Positions 1-9,200 of a DNA stretch of 26,506 nucleotides are shown one piece after another. Source of the stretch: Candidatus Hermodarchaeota archaeon (lineage in GTDB: Archaea > Asgardarchaeota > Lokiarchaeia > Sigyniarchaeales > SOKP01). Under the pieces are notes generated by a model that did not search any database, was not told where the DNA came from, and saw nothing but the letters and a program-made list of their open reading frames with translations. Every line of letters starts with the position of its first letter. The stretch's first letter is position 1. A program made the position numbers and the translations under genes. The stretch lies in NCBI GenBank assembly GCA_048885525.1, contig JBHLLP010000049.1, forward strand, positions 1 through 26,506. Direction: 5' to 3'.

Positions 1-2
1 TT

Positions 3-2096
3 TATTCTCTCTTTTTCAAATTTTTCTCTTGATTTCTGATGGGATTTTATTAATGTTCCAATTGCTTTTTCAAAGATTTTTCCTGTCTTTTTAAAGCTTT
101 CTATAGCTTTTTCGTGCTCTTCTTGTTTACTTAATTGTTCTGCTTCTTCCAATGATATCCATCCAGAATAATAGGCTGCTTCATAAACGTAACTTGGTAA
201 TTCTATTAATATATCATAAGCTTTCTTATAAAATTCCTTAGCTTTTATATGATTTTCTCGAACATGAAACGATTTAGCTTCTTCAATTAAATTCCAAGCT
301 CTTACATAATTAAATTTCTCATTGATCCTATTTTTTAGAAGTTTATATTTTATCATTTTCAGCGACTTATCATATGCTTCCTTAGCTTTCTTATAATTTT
401 CTGCAGAAATCATATAATTACCCAATCGATCTTCTATACGAGCGATGTACTGATAACTTGCTGCTTCATAAGAAACATATCTTCTATCGATACTTTCTTT
501 TATTGTGAGGAGAAAAATTCCCCGTGCCTGATTTAAAATGGTTTCCTCTCCCGTTATAATCCCTAATTCCTCATATAATAATCCTAACCTCATTTGCTCA
601 GTAATCGCACCAGAACGAGATAATATGGAATAATCGATTGTTTTCTTTTGGGCTTTTATTGCCTTTTGAAGGTGTGTGATCCTGTCTTCCTTCTTTTTAG
701 CGATATCTGCAAGAGTTTTATAAGCCCTATAAAGACAAAAATAACCACCAGCCTGAGGAAATCCTCCTTCATATTTTGAACCAAATTGTTCTGCCTGTTT
801 TGCTTTTTGAAGCATAATTTGAGCATATTCTCCTTGTTTTGTTTTCGATTCTTCGAGAATAGTAAGTTGAGAGTAAGCTAATATCAAACCTTGGTATAAA
901 AATGCAATCACACCAGGGGCATTAGGTCCATTCATAGCCTCTTTTGCGTATTGGATTCCTTTTTCAGCGTAAATTTTACGTTGAGCAGTAGTGAAAAAAC
1001 TCCTTTGAGAGGAATTAGTATAATAAAGCGCAGGAATTAAATGTGTCATAGATCGATATAGATTATAGGGACATACGTAGATCTTCCCTAATTTTAAACT
1101 CTCATTGAGGTCGTTAAGAATTCTTTTCTGTAGATAATTAACTCTACCACTATAAAGTGCAAAATAATCTATGAAAAAGAGGCACTGAACTAGAGTTGAT
1201 TTACTCTTTGTTTTTATAGCAAAATGCAAAGCTTTCTCAAGTAAACTTATTCCCTTATCAAGGTATTCATCTTGTTCTTTCTCATCTTCAACGTACTGAT
1301 ATCCAAAAGAACAATACAAACACCCTGTTACAACATAAACTAGACTGAAAGCCAAGGGATCATTTAGGTTATCGATAATTGCATTAGTTTTAACACACTT
1401 TAATAGAGATTTTTTTTTATATTCCTTATAATGCTCGTTTTTCTTAAAATCTGTTATTGTTTCTAATGCATTGAAAATAATCATCATTTCCATATTCAAT
1501 GATTCGGACAAAATTTGAATATTTCCTGTTTTTTTTGAAATCTCCCAAGCCTTTTTAGCAGATTCTATCCCTTGTTGACCAATCTGTTTAATCTCTTCCC
1601 TATCGATATTATAGAATGTGAGTAAAAATATTGCATTCGCTGTCCTACACAATGTTCTCGCTAAACTCTCTTGATTACCCTCATTTGAATAAATTTTACT
1701 TGATTCACTGAAAAGTTTATATGCTTGACGGTAAGCCTCCTTACCTTCAATATCAGAGGTTGCAAGAAACCCATTTATAAAATATATTTCTGCCTGGCAT
1801 TCTAATTCTTCAGATCTATTTTCAAGTTTCTTAAAGAGATTCACTGCTTCCTCATATGCTTTAACAGCACATTTCATTTGTTTCAGATATTCTTCAGATG
1901 TTTCTACAGTATCAGCAGCTTTAGCATAAGAATATCCAAGATTTTTATAACAATCAGCAGCTTTTTCAACTAGATTTTTATCTAAATAAAAGTGGATAGC
2001 TTTTTCATATAACGCTGCCACTTCAATCCATTTATAGTTTCTTTCTTCCTCTCGTGCCTTGGTTAATAGTGACTCGTTACTTTTCTCTAAAGTCAT
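3..2096 (-). CDS. Third TPR-solenoid paralogue of the TPR-nitrilase array (5' part, ~698 codons; continues beyond the window start)
   Basis: Not in the ORF track because its stop lies outside the window. Manual translation from ATG 2096 gives MTLEKSNESLLTKAREEERNYKWIEVAALYEKAIHFYLDKNLVEKAADCY..., and the same frame reads ...KSREKFEKERI at the window edge. These match the N-terminus (KAREKRKAYNWLE) and the QPERERIDKL region of the two paralogues. It has the same upstream module. The nitrilase domain is inferred, not visible. Confidence 0.9.
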   Translation of the reverse strand, partial: MTLEKSNESLLTKAREEERNYKWIEVAALYEKAIHFYLDKNLVEKAADCYKNLGYSYAKAADTVETSEEYLKQMKCAVKAYEEAVNLFKKLENRSEELECQAEIYFINGFLATSDIEGKEAYRQAYKLFSESSKIYSNEGNQESLARTLCRTANAIFLLTFYNIDREEIKQIGQQGIESAKKAWEISKKTGNIQILSESLNMEMMIIFNALETITDFKKNEHYKEYKKKSLLKCVKTNAIIDNLNDPLAFSLVYVVTGCLYCSFGYQYVEDEKEQDEYLDKGISLLEKALHFAIKTKSKSTLVQCLFFIDYFALYSGRVNYLQKRILNDLNESLKLGKIYVCPYNLYRSMTHLIPALYYTNSSQRSFFTTAQRKIYAEKGIQYAKEAMNGPNAPGVIAFLYQGLILAYSQLTILEESKTKQGEYAQIMLQKAKQAEQFGSKYEGGFPQAGGYFCLYRAYKTLADIAKKKEDRITHLQKAIKAQKKTIDYSILSRSGAITEQMRLGLLYEELGIITGEETILNQARGIFLLTIKESIDRRYVSYEAASYQYIARIEDRLGNYMISAENYKKAKEAYDKSLKMIKYKLLKNRINEKFNYVRAWNLIEEAKSFHVRENHIKAKEFYKKAYDILIELPSYVYEAAYYSGWISLEEAEQLSKQEEHEKAIESFKKTGKIFEKAIGTLIKSHQKSREKFEKERI

Positions 2097-2128
2097 TTAG
2101 GATCAATTTTAAAATAGCTTATGCTCTA

Positions 2129-2200
2129 TTTCGACCTTAAGTGTCTAATATTAATTACTTTGAATGATTAATAAACATTCTGTTCAATTTATAATGTTTT
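2129..2200 (-). promoter_or_regulatory. Conserved promoter/operator module, copy 1 (dyad 2160-2182 over a TATA-like TTTATTAA; GGTCGAAA at 2129-2136)
   Basis: 39/42 nt identical to copies 2 and 3 over 2159-2200. Dyad lies 64-86 nt upstream of ATG 2096. Confidence 0.75.
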
Positions 2201-2233
2201 ACTTTTTTTAGAAAAATAGTTAGAGCACTAGTC

Positions 2234-5200
2234 TTATCTTGTGCTTTGAATAAATAATCGTTCTTCGCCCTTTTCTTTTTCCCATTTTTTACGTTCAGAA
2301 CGCAGCTTGAATAGATCTATATCTTTGAAAATCAATCCTTCTTCTTTTGCTGGGATAATTCGCTCAGTCCGGTCTTTTTCTGGAGTATATATGAGGGATT
2401 CTCCAAATTCTCCAATGTTAGCGAAAAATGAATAGGCATAAATGGATCTCCGGGCATCAAAATGTGCTGCTTTAAAATCGGCAGTTACTGGTGTAAATGC
2501 GGGATTAAGAATTATATCTATAGGAGGCTCGGAATTTTTTAACTCTACTCTTAAGTCCATGTCAAGAAAATCTCGACAAATCGCAATGGCTATTCTCCCA
2601 TATTCTGTATTGCAGATAATTGTTCTTCGAGGTAAACTGCTAACTTCTATTCCCTCTTTGAATTTTTTTCCCGCCTCGAAGCTTATAGTTGCGGGAATAT
2701 GTTTCTCTTGTTCCCAAAGAATACCCTCTGGTCCAAAAACCATACTAATATTTCGTTTCGTTTCCGCTTCATGAAAAGAGCCTGGAACAATATACATCTC
2801 ATTAAATTTAGCCTGATCTGCAATCTCTTCCAAAACTTCCCCGTAGTTCAGATCAATAGTCATTTCTGGGAAGAGTAGGATATTGACTCCCTCGTTATGT
2901 GCTTTTTCAATCACAACTTTAACTTGAGATCTTACTTTTTCAATCTTATTTTCTCTTATTTTTAATAGACCTGAAGAACTCATCTCATAAAGTTCATCCA
3001 TTATATTCCCAGTCTCGGATACACCTATTTGGGCAATACCAACCCTGCATTCTCTTCTTTGAACTTTAGAATATTCTTTAACCAAATCTTTATAGATAAG
3101 TTCATACTTTTTTCGTTCCATTCTCTCCATGGTAACTCGAAGTTCCTCTTCAGTAAACTGACGAGCTTCCCCTAATCTAGGAGATTGGCTGCTTTCAATA
3201 GGACATGAAGGAGCAACAATACCTATAGTACTTCGAGAGATTGATGGTTCTTTTATAGTATTTAAAGCAGAAATAAGAATGGATTCTTCTTTCTCTACTC
3301 TGTTTAATCTGTCTTGAACTTCAATAACTTTATTCTTATAGCCCGCTTTGTTAAATAATTCTAAAGAGGATTTTAAATAATTTGACCCAATACCCAATAA
3401 CCTTCCTTTTTCATTGATATCCAGTTCTTTGTCAGCTTGGATTAAGTGCCAAGCGGCATCAAAATAAATTGAAGTAGCTAGAGCCCAATTTGCTACATTC
3501 TCATAACCACTTTTACCATAAGAGGAAGCTGCGTTACCTAGCATCAACTTCACTTTAGGATATAAATCTGTCTTTATATTAATATTAACTGCTTCATCAA
3601 ACTTACAACTCAGCCCAAGAGCCTGGCAAAATGCTGAATTACCTGAAGCTAATAACTTTAGTTTTGTATCAACAAAGAGGTTACTAGCTTTTGTGAATAG
3701 ATTTGCAGCATAATCAAACCTTTCTGGTTCTTCAAATTTTTCTGCAAGTTCCATACTTTCCCAAGCTCGACAAAGATAATATATTGCTTCGAGTTCCTTT
3801 CTTTCTCTTTCTAACTTATATCGTGTACAAACACCTCTAAATACTGATGCAGCAATAGCGAATTTTTCCGCAGCTGTTGAGTGATCCCCCGTTTTCCCCA
3901 AGATTCTAGCCTCCTCTAGATTAATTCTAGCATTACAATAACTTATTCTTACTTTTGCAACCTTCTGAAGTTTATCTATTCGTTCCCTTTCGGGTTGTCC
4001 TTCAGCTTTTTCTAATGCATTTTCAAGTATTTTTATAGCTTCTTCGAAAGCTTGTATTGTTAATTTATACTGATTTATAGCTTCTTCTTGTCTTTCCTGT
4101 TTACTTAATAGCTCTGCCTCTTCTAACAATGCCCAAGCCGCATTATAAGATCCTTCAAAAGAATACCTACGGATTTTTTGTAAAATTTCACTAGATTTTT
4201 CATAACTTTCCTTCGCCTTTAAATGACTTTCATTTCTATGATGTGCTTTTGCTATCTCGATCAGATTCCAGGCATGTGCATAATCTATCTTTTCTTTAGT
4301 TCTTTTTTTAAGTAACCTATATTCAATGCTTTCCAATGACTTCTTGTGATTTTCTTGAGCATTTAGGTAACATTCTGCTGAAGCTGTGTGATTTCCTAAT
4401 CGATCCTCTATACGAGCAACATATTCATAGCTAGTACCTGCGTAAGAATAATATCCTCTTTCCAAACTACCTCTAACTGCTTCAAGGAATTTTTCTTTTG
4501 AATTCAATAATTTATGATTATCTTTAGTTAAAATACCGAGTTCTTCATAAAGAAGCCCTAACCTCATTTGAGCCACTATAATACCTGTTCGAGATTCTGT
4601 TCCATAATTCATATACTTCTCTGCTGAATCTATTGCAGATGTCAGCATTTGAATTTTCTTTTCTTCAATTTCAGCGATGTCTGCTAGAGTTTTATATGCT
4701 CTATATAAAGAAGCATATCCAAATGTCCGAATTTGTCCTCCTCCATACTTTTCTCCTAATTTATTTGCTAATTTTGCATAATTAAGCATTTTTTCGATAT
4801 ACTGATTCTGTTCCTCCTTAGATGAACTTAATTTTGCTAAGACTGCATAAGAAACAGTAAGTGCTAAATATGAATAATTATCCATTAGAGGAAGTATTTT
4901 TAAATTTTTTGAACTATAATCAATCGCTTTCGTAGCATACGATCTTCTTTGGAATGGTGTAAAAAAGCTCCACTGGGCAGTATTAGAATAATATAAACTT
5001 GGTAACCAATATAGCTGAAAAAGAATCGTAGCTAACGCTAAAGAACCTCTTTGTTCAAAGCATTCCACAAAAATCTTTCCCACTCTTTCAATCTCTTGAA
5101 GGTCTTTAGTAATTCTATTTTGGAGATACATTATCTTGCCGCTAAGCAAGGCATACCTGCTCAAGCTACCAATTGTAAAAATTAAAATAGCCTTGTCTTT

Positions 5201-6094
5201 TGTTTCTCTTGTATTTTCTAAGCTAATCTCTAAAGAGTTCATTCCTTTATCAAAATATTTTCTTTGCTCTATTTCATTCTCACAAATTTTGAGAGCATAT
5301 TCACAGTATACCATACCAATTATACCATGTAAAATTCCAAGGAATAAATTATCCTCATAATTTATGTCATTAATGATCATTAAAGCTTCTTCACATTTTA
5401 CCATTAAGTCTCTATGTCGCCTTGCTTGAATACGCTTGTCATAAGAAAAAAATCCATATTGGTTGTTGAGAAACCAATACGACATCATATATAAGAGATA
5501 AATTAAATAATTCACATTTCTAATGTCCCTTGAGATTTCCCATCCTTTTTCAAAAAGTTCAATATATTTTTGAGAGAAATTTTTAATTTCTTGAGGATTA
5601 GGGTTAAATATTGTTTTCAATTCCAGCGCCGAAATTGACTCTACTGCAATCCTAGCAATAACTTCTCCTTTTTTTTCTTCTTTATAAATCTCATTTAGTT
5701 TATTATAGATCTCAATTGATCTATCAATCACTTTCTCCGCTTCAACTATAGGAATTTGGCTGTACGCATTATGTAGGAGTTTAATTGCCGTACATTCCAG
5801 TTCTTCAGCTTTTTTCCCTAACTGTTTATAGAAAGATTCGCATTTTTCAAAAATTTTAAGTTCTAAATTTAAAACTTCTATAAGTTGTTCAGTTGTTGAA
5901 ACAGTAGGGAAGTAAAAAGTACCATATTCGAAAAGTTCTATACAAATCTCCAATACTTTTTCTTGATCTTTTTTGTCAATATAATTATCCACAGCCAGAT
6001 CAAAAAGCCTCACTGCTTCCAACCAGTTATATGCTTTTCTTTTTTCTCGAGCTTTTTCTAATAGACTAAGTCTACCTTCATCCAATAAAGACAT
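2234..6094 (-). CDS. TPR-like solenoid protein with C-terminal carbon-nitrogen hydrolase (nitrilase) domain, 1286 aa
   Basis: A/E/K/Y-rich helical repeats (e.g. ASAECYLNAQE, AAEKFAIAAS). The C-terminal ~270 aa carry nitrilase-superfamily motifs RVGIAQI, LLFPEM (Glu), IVPGS, QEKHIP (Lys) and YGRIAIAICRDF (Cys). Confidence 0.85.
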   Translation of the reverse strand: MSLLDEGRLSLLEKAREKRKAYNWLEAVRLFDLAVDNYIDKKDQEKVLEICIELFEYGTFYFPTVSTTEQLIEVLNLELKIFEKCESFYKQLGKKAEELECTAIKLLHNAYSQIPIVEAEKVIDRSIEIYNKLNEIYKEEKKGEVIARIAVESISALELKTIFNPNPQEIKNFSQKYIELFEKGWEISRDIRNVNYLIYLLYMMSYWFLNNQYGFFSYDKRIQARRHRDLMVKCEEALMIINDINYEDNLFLGILHGIIGMVYCEYALKICENEIEQRKYFDKGMNSLEISLENTRETKDKAILIFTIGSLSRYALLSGKIMYLQNRITKDLQEIERVGKIFVECFEQRGSLALATILFQLYWLPSLYYSNTAQWSFFTPFQRRSYATKAIDYSSKNLKILPLMDNYSYLALTVSYAVLAKLSSSKEEQNQYIEKMLNYAKLANKLGEKYGGGQIRTFGYASLYRAYKTLADIAEIEEKKIQMLTSAIDSAEKYMNYGTESRTGIIVAQMRLGLLYEELGILTKDNHKLLNSKEKFLEAVRGSLERGYYSYAGTSYEYVARIEDRLGNHTASAECYLNAQENHKKSLESIEYRLLKKRTKEKIDYAHAWNLIEIAKAHHRNESHLKAKESYEKSSEILQKIRRYSFEGSYNAAWALLEEAELLSKQERQEEAINQYKLTIQAFEEAIKILENALEKAEGQPERERIDKLQKVAKVRISYCNARINLEEARILGKTGDHSTAAEKFAIAASVFRGVCTRYKLERERKELEAIYYLCRAWESMELAEKFEEPERFDYAANLFTKASNLFVDTKLKLLASGNSAFCQALGLSCKFDEAVNINIKTDLYPKVKLMLGNAASSYGKSGYENVANWALATSIYFDAAWHLIQADKELDINEKGRLLGIGSNYLKSSLELFNKAGYKNKVIEVQDRLNRVEKEESILISALNTIKEPSISRSTIGIVAPSCPIESSQSPRLGEARQFTEEELRVTMERMERKKYELIYKDLVKEYSKVQRRECRVGIAQIGVSETGNIMDELYEMSSSGLLKIRENKIEKVRSQVKVVIEKAHNEGVNILLFPEMTIDLNYGEVLEEIADQAKFNEMYIVPGSFHEAETKRNISMVFGPEGILWEQEKHIPATISFEAGKKFKEGIEVSSLPRRTIICNTEYGRIAIAICRDFLDMDLRVELKNSEPPIDIILNPAFTPVTADFKAAHFDARRSIYAYSFFANIGEFGESLIYTPEKDRTERIIPAKEEGLIFKDIDLFKLRSERKKWEKEKGEERLFIQSTR

Positions 6095-6126
6095 TTATTA
6101 TCAAATATGGGTTTATATTTACTAAA

Positions 6127-6198
6127 TTTCGACCTAATTGTTTAATCATTAATTACTCTGAATGATTAATAAACATTCAGTTCAATTTAAAATGTTTT
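6127..6198 (-). promoter_or_regulatory. Conserved promoter/operator module, copy 2 (dyad CTGAATG-N9-CATTCAG 6158-6180; GGTCGAAA 6127-6134)
   Basis: 6157-6198 is identical to 10135-10176. Dyad lies 64-86 nt upstream of ATG 6094. Confidence 0.78.
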
Positions 6199-6230
6199 AC
6201 TTTTTTAGTCAAGCAATTGAGAAATAAGAT

Positions 6231-9200
6231 TTATCGTGTACTTTGTATGAATAATTGTTCTTTATTATTCTCTTTTTCCCATTTTTTACGTTCAGAACGT
6301 AGTTTAAATATATTTATATCTTTAAAAATTAAACCTTCTTCTTTTGGAGGTATTATTTGCTCAGTTCGATCTTTTTCTGGAGTATAGATGAGAGATTCAC
6401 CATATTCACCAATATTAGCAAAAAATGAATATGCATAAATGGATCTACGGGCATCAAAATGGGCAGCTTTAAAATCAGCTGTTACTGGCGTAAATGCGGG
6501 ATTTAGGATTATATCTATAGGTGATTCAAAATTTTTCAGTTCTACTCTGAGATCCATATCAAGGAAGTCTCGACAAATCGCGATTACGATTCTCCCATAT
6601 TCTGTATTACAAATAATTGTTTTCCGTGGTACCTTGTCAACTTTTATTCCCTCTTTGAAGGGTTTTCCAGCCTCGAAGCTAATGGTAGCGGGAATGTGCT
6701 TCTCTTGTTCCCAAAGAATACCCTCCGGTCCAAAAACCTTACAAATATTTCTTTTTGTTTCTAATTCATGAAAAGAACCTGGAACAATATACATCTCATA
6801 TAATTTAGCTTGATCTGCAATATCTTCCAGAAATTCCCCATAGTTTAGATCAACAGTCATTTCCGGAAAGAGTAGAATATTAATTCCCTCATTATACGCT
6901 TTTTCAATCATAAATTTAACTTGCGACCTTATTTTTTCAATCTTATCTTCTCTAATTTTTAGCAAACCTGAAGGACTACTTTCAAAAAGTTCATCTATTA
7001 TATTCCCTGTCTCTGATACACCAATTTGGGCAACACCAATCCTACATTCTCTTCTTTGAACTCTAGAGTAATCTTTAATCAAATCTTTATAGATAAGTTC
7101 GTACTTTTTTCGTTTCATTCTCTCCATAGTAACTCGAAGTTCTTCTTCAGTGAACTGACGAGCTTCCCCTAGTCTAGGAGAATAGCTGCTTTCAATAGGG
7201 CAAGAAGGAGCAACTATCCCCATTGTACTTCGAGAGATTGAAGGTTCATTTATAGTACTTAAAGCGGAAAATAGGATCGATTCTTCCTTCTCTACTCTGT
7301 TTAATCTATCTTGAACCTCATTAACTTTATTCTTATAACCCGCCTTTTCAAATAATTCTACAGAGGACTTTAGATAATTCGAGCCAATACCCAATAACCT
7401 TCCTTTTTCATTGATATCCATTTCTTTATCGGCTTGAATTAAATGCCAAGCAGCATCAAAATAAATGGAAGTAGCTAAAGCCCAATTCGCCACATTTTCA
7501 AAACCACTCTTACCATAATAGGAAGCTGCTTTACTTAACATCAATTTCACTCTAGGATATAAATTTGTTTTTATATCGATATCCACTGACTCATCAAATT
7601 TACAACCTAACTCAAGAGCCTGGCAAAATGCTGAATTGCCTGAAGCTAATAACTTTAATTTAATGTCAACAAAGAGGTCACTAGCTTTTGTAAATAAATC
7701 TGCTGCATAATCAAACCTTTCAGGCTCTTCGTATTTTTCTCCAAGTTCCATACTTTCCCAAGCTCGACACAGATAATAAATAGCTTCAAGTTCCTTTCTC
7801 TCTCTTTCCAATTTATATCTTGTACAAACACCTCTAAAAATTGAGGCAGCAATAGCGAATTTTTCTGCAGCTGTGGAATGATTTCCCTTCCTTCCTAATA
7901 TTAATGCTTCTTCTAGATTGATTCGAGCAGAACAATAATTAATTCTTACTTCTGCTACCTTCTCAAGCTTTTGTATTCGTTCTTTTTCTGGTTGATCTTT
8001 AGATTTTGCCAAAGCCTCCTTTAGGATGCTAATGGTTTCTTCGAAAGCTTGTATTGTATTTTTATATTGATTTATAGCTTCTTCTTGTTTTTCTTGTTTA
8101 CTTAGAAATTCTGCTTCTTCTAACATTGCCCAAGCAGCATTATAAAAACCCTCATAATAATACTTAGATATTTTTTTTAAAATCTCACTTGAATTTTCGA
8201 AGTTTTCCTTTGCTTTTATGTGGTTTTCATTTTTATGATACGCCTTAGCTTTTTCGATTAAGATCCAGGCATGAGCATATTGTATCTTCTCGTTAACTCT
8301 TGCTTTAAGGGCTCTATATTTAATACTTTCCAGTGATTTCTTATGATATTCTTGAGCTTTCATATAATTCTCAGCCGAAGCAGTATGGTTACCAAGCCGA
8401 TCCTCTATCCGTGCAATGTATTCATATGTTGTACCTGCATAAGAATAATAACCTTTCTCAAGACTACTTTTAAGAGCCTCATATAGTAGTTCTTCTGCCT
8501 TAGTTAGTATTTCTTCATCTTTTTCAAAAATCCCGATTTCTTCATAGAGAAAAGCTAATCTCATTTGTGCGGCAATAATACCTGTACGAGACTCCTTAGC
8601 ATATTTTAGATAATTTTTTGATGCATCAGCGGCAAGTGACAACATTTTAATTCTTTCTTGTTTATTCTTAGTAATATCAGCTAAAGTCTTATAAGCTCTA
8701 TTAAGGGAATTGTATACAAAGGCTTGCATTAGCCCCTCTCCATATTTTTCACCAAGTTTTTTACCTTTATTTGCATAATCGAACATAGATTTAACATATA
8801 TCTCCATCTCTTCTTTTGATTTGGAAAAACGAGCTAGAACAGCATAGCTCAAAGTAAGGGACATATATGAGAATGATTTTATCTCTTCATATGTGTTCCA
8901 ACCTAAAGTTTTCAATCCAAATTCAATCCCTTTTTTCGCATAAGACTTTCGCTGATTTGGTGTGAAAAAGCTTAATTGGGATATATTTGAATAATAAAAT
9001 GTTGGTAAATAATTTACATAAAAGTATGCTACATCAAATAAACCTACGACTAAACCTGCAAATATTTTTCCTGCTTCACTAATCTCCTTAATGTCGTTCA
9101 TAATTCTTTTTTGTAGATACATATAATTACCGCTAAGAATTGCGTATTGATTTATATAATAAAGTGTCATAACATTGAGATACTTATTTTTAACTTTTCT

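Noticed and set aside
2442-2774. Antisense 110-aa ORF, with a similar copy at 6439..6771
   Set aside because: Both are shadows of the conserved nitrilase coding region. Their similarity is explained by the paralogy of the sense genes, and they have no recognisable motifs.
5136-7852. Short ORFs 5136..5360 (+) and 7655..7852 (-)
   Set aside because: Fully nested in the large TPR-nitrilase genes with no independent support.
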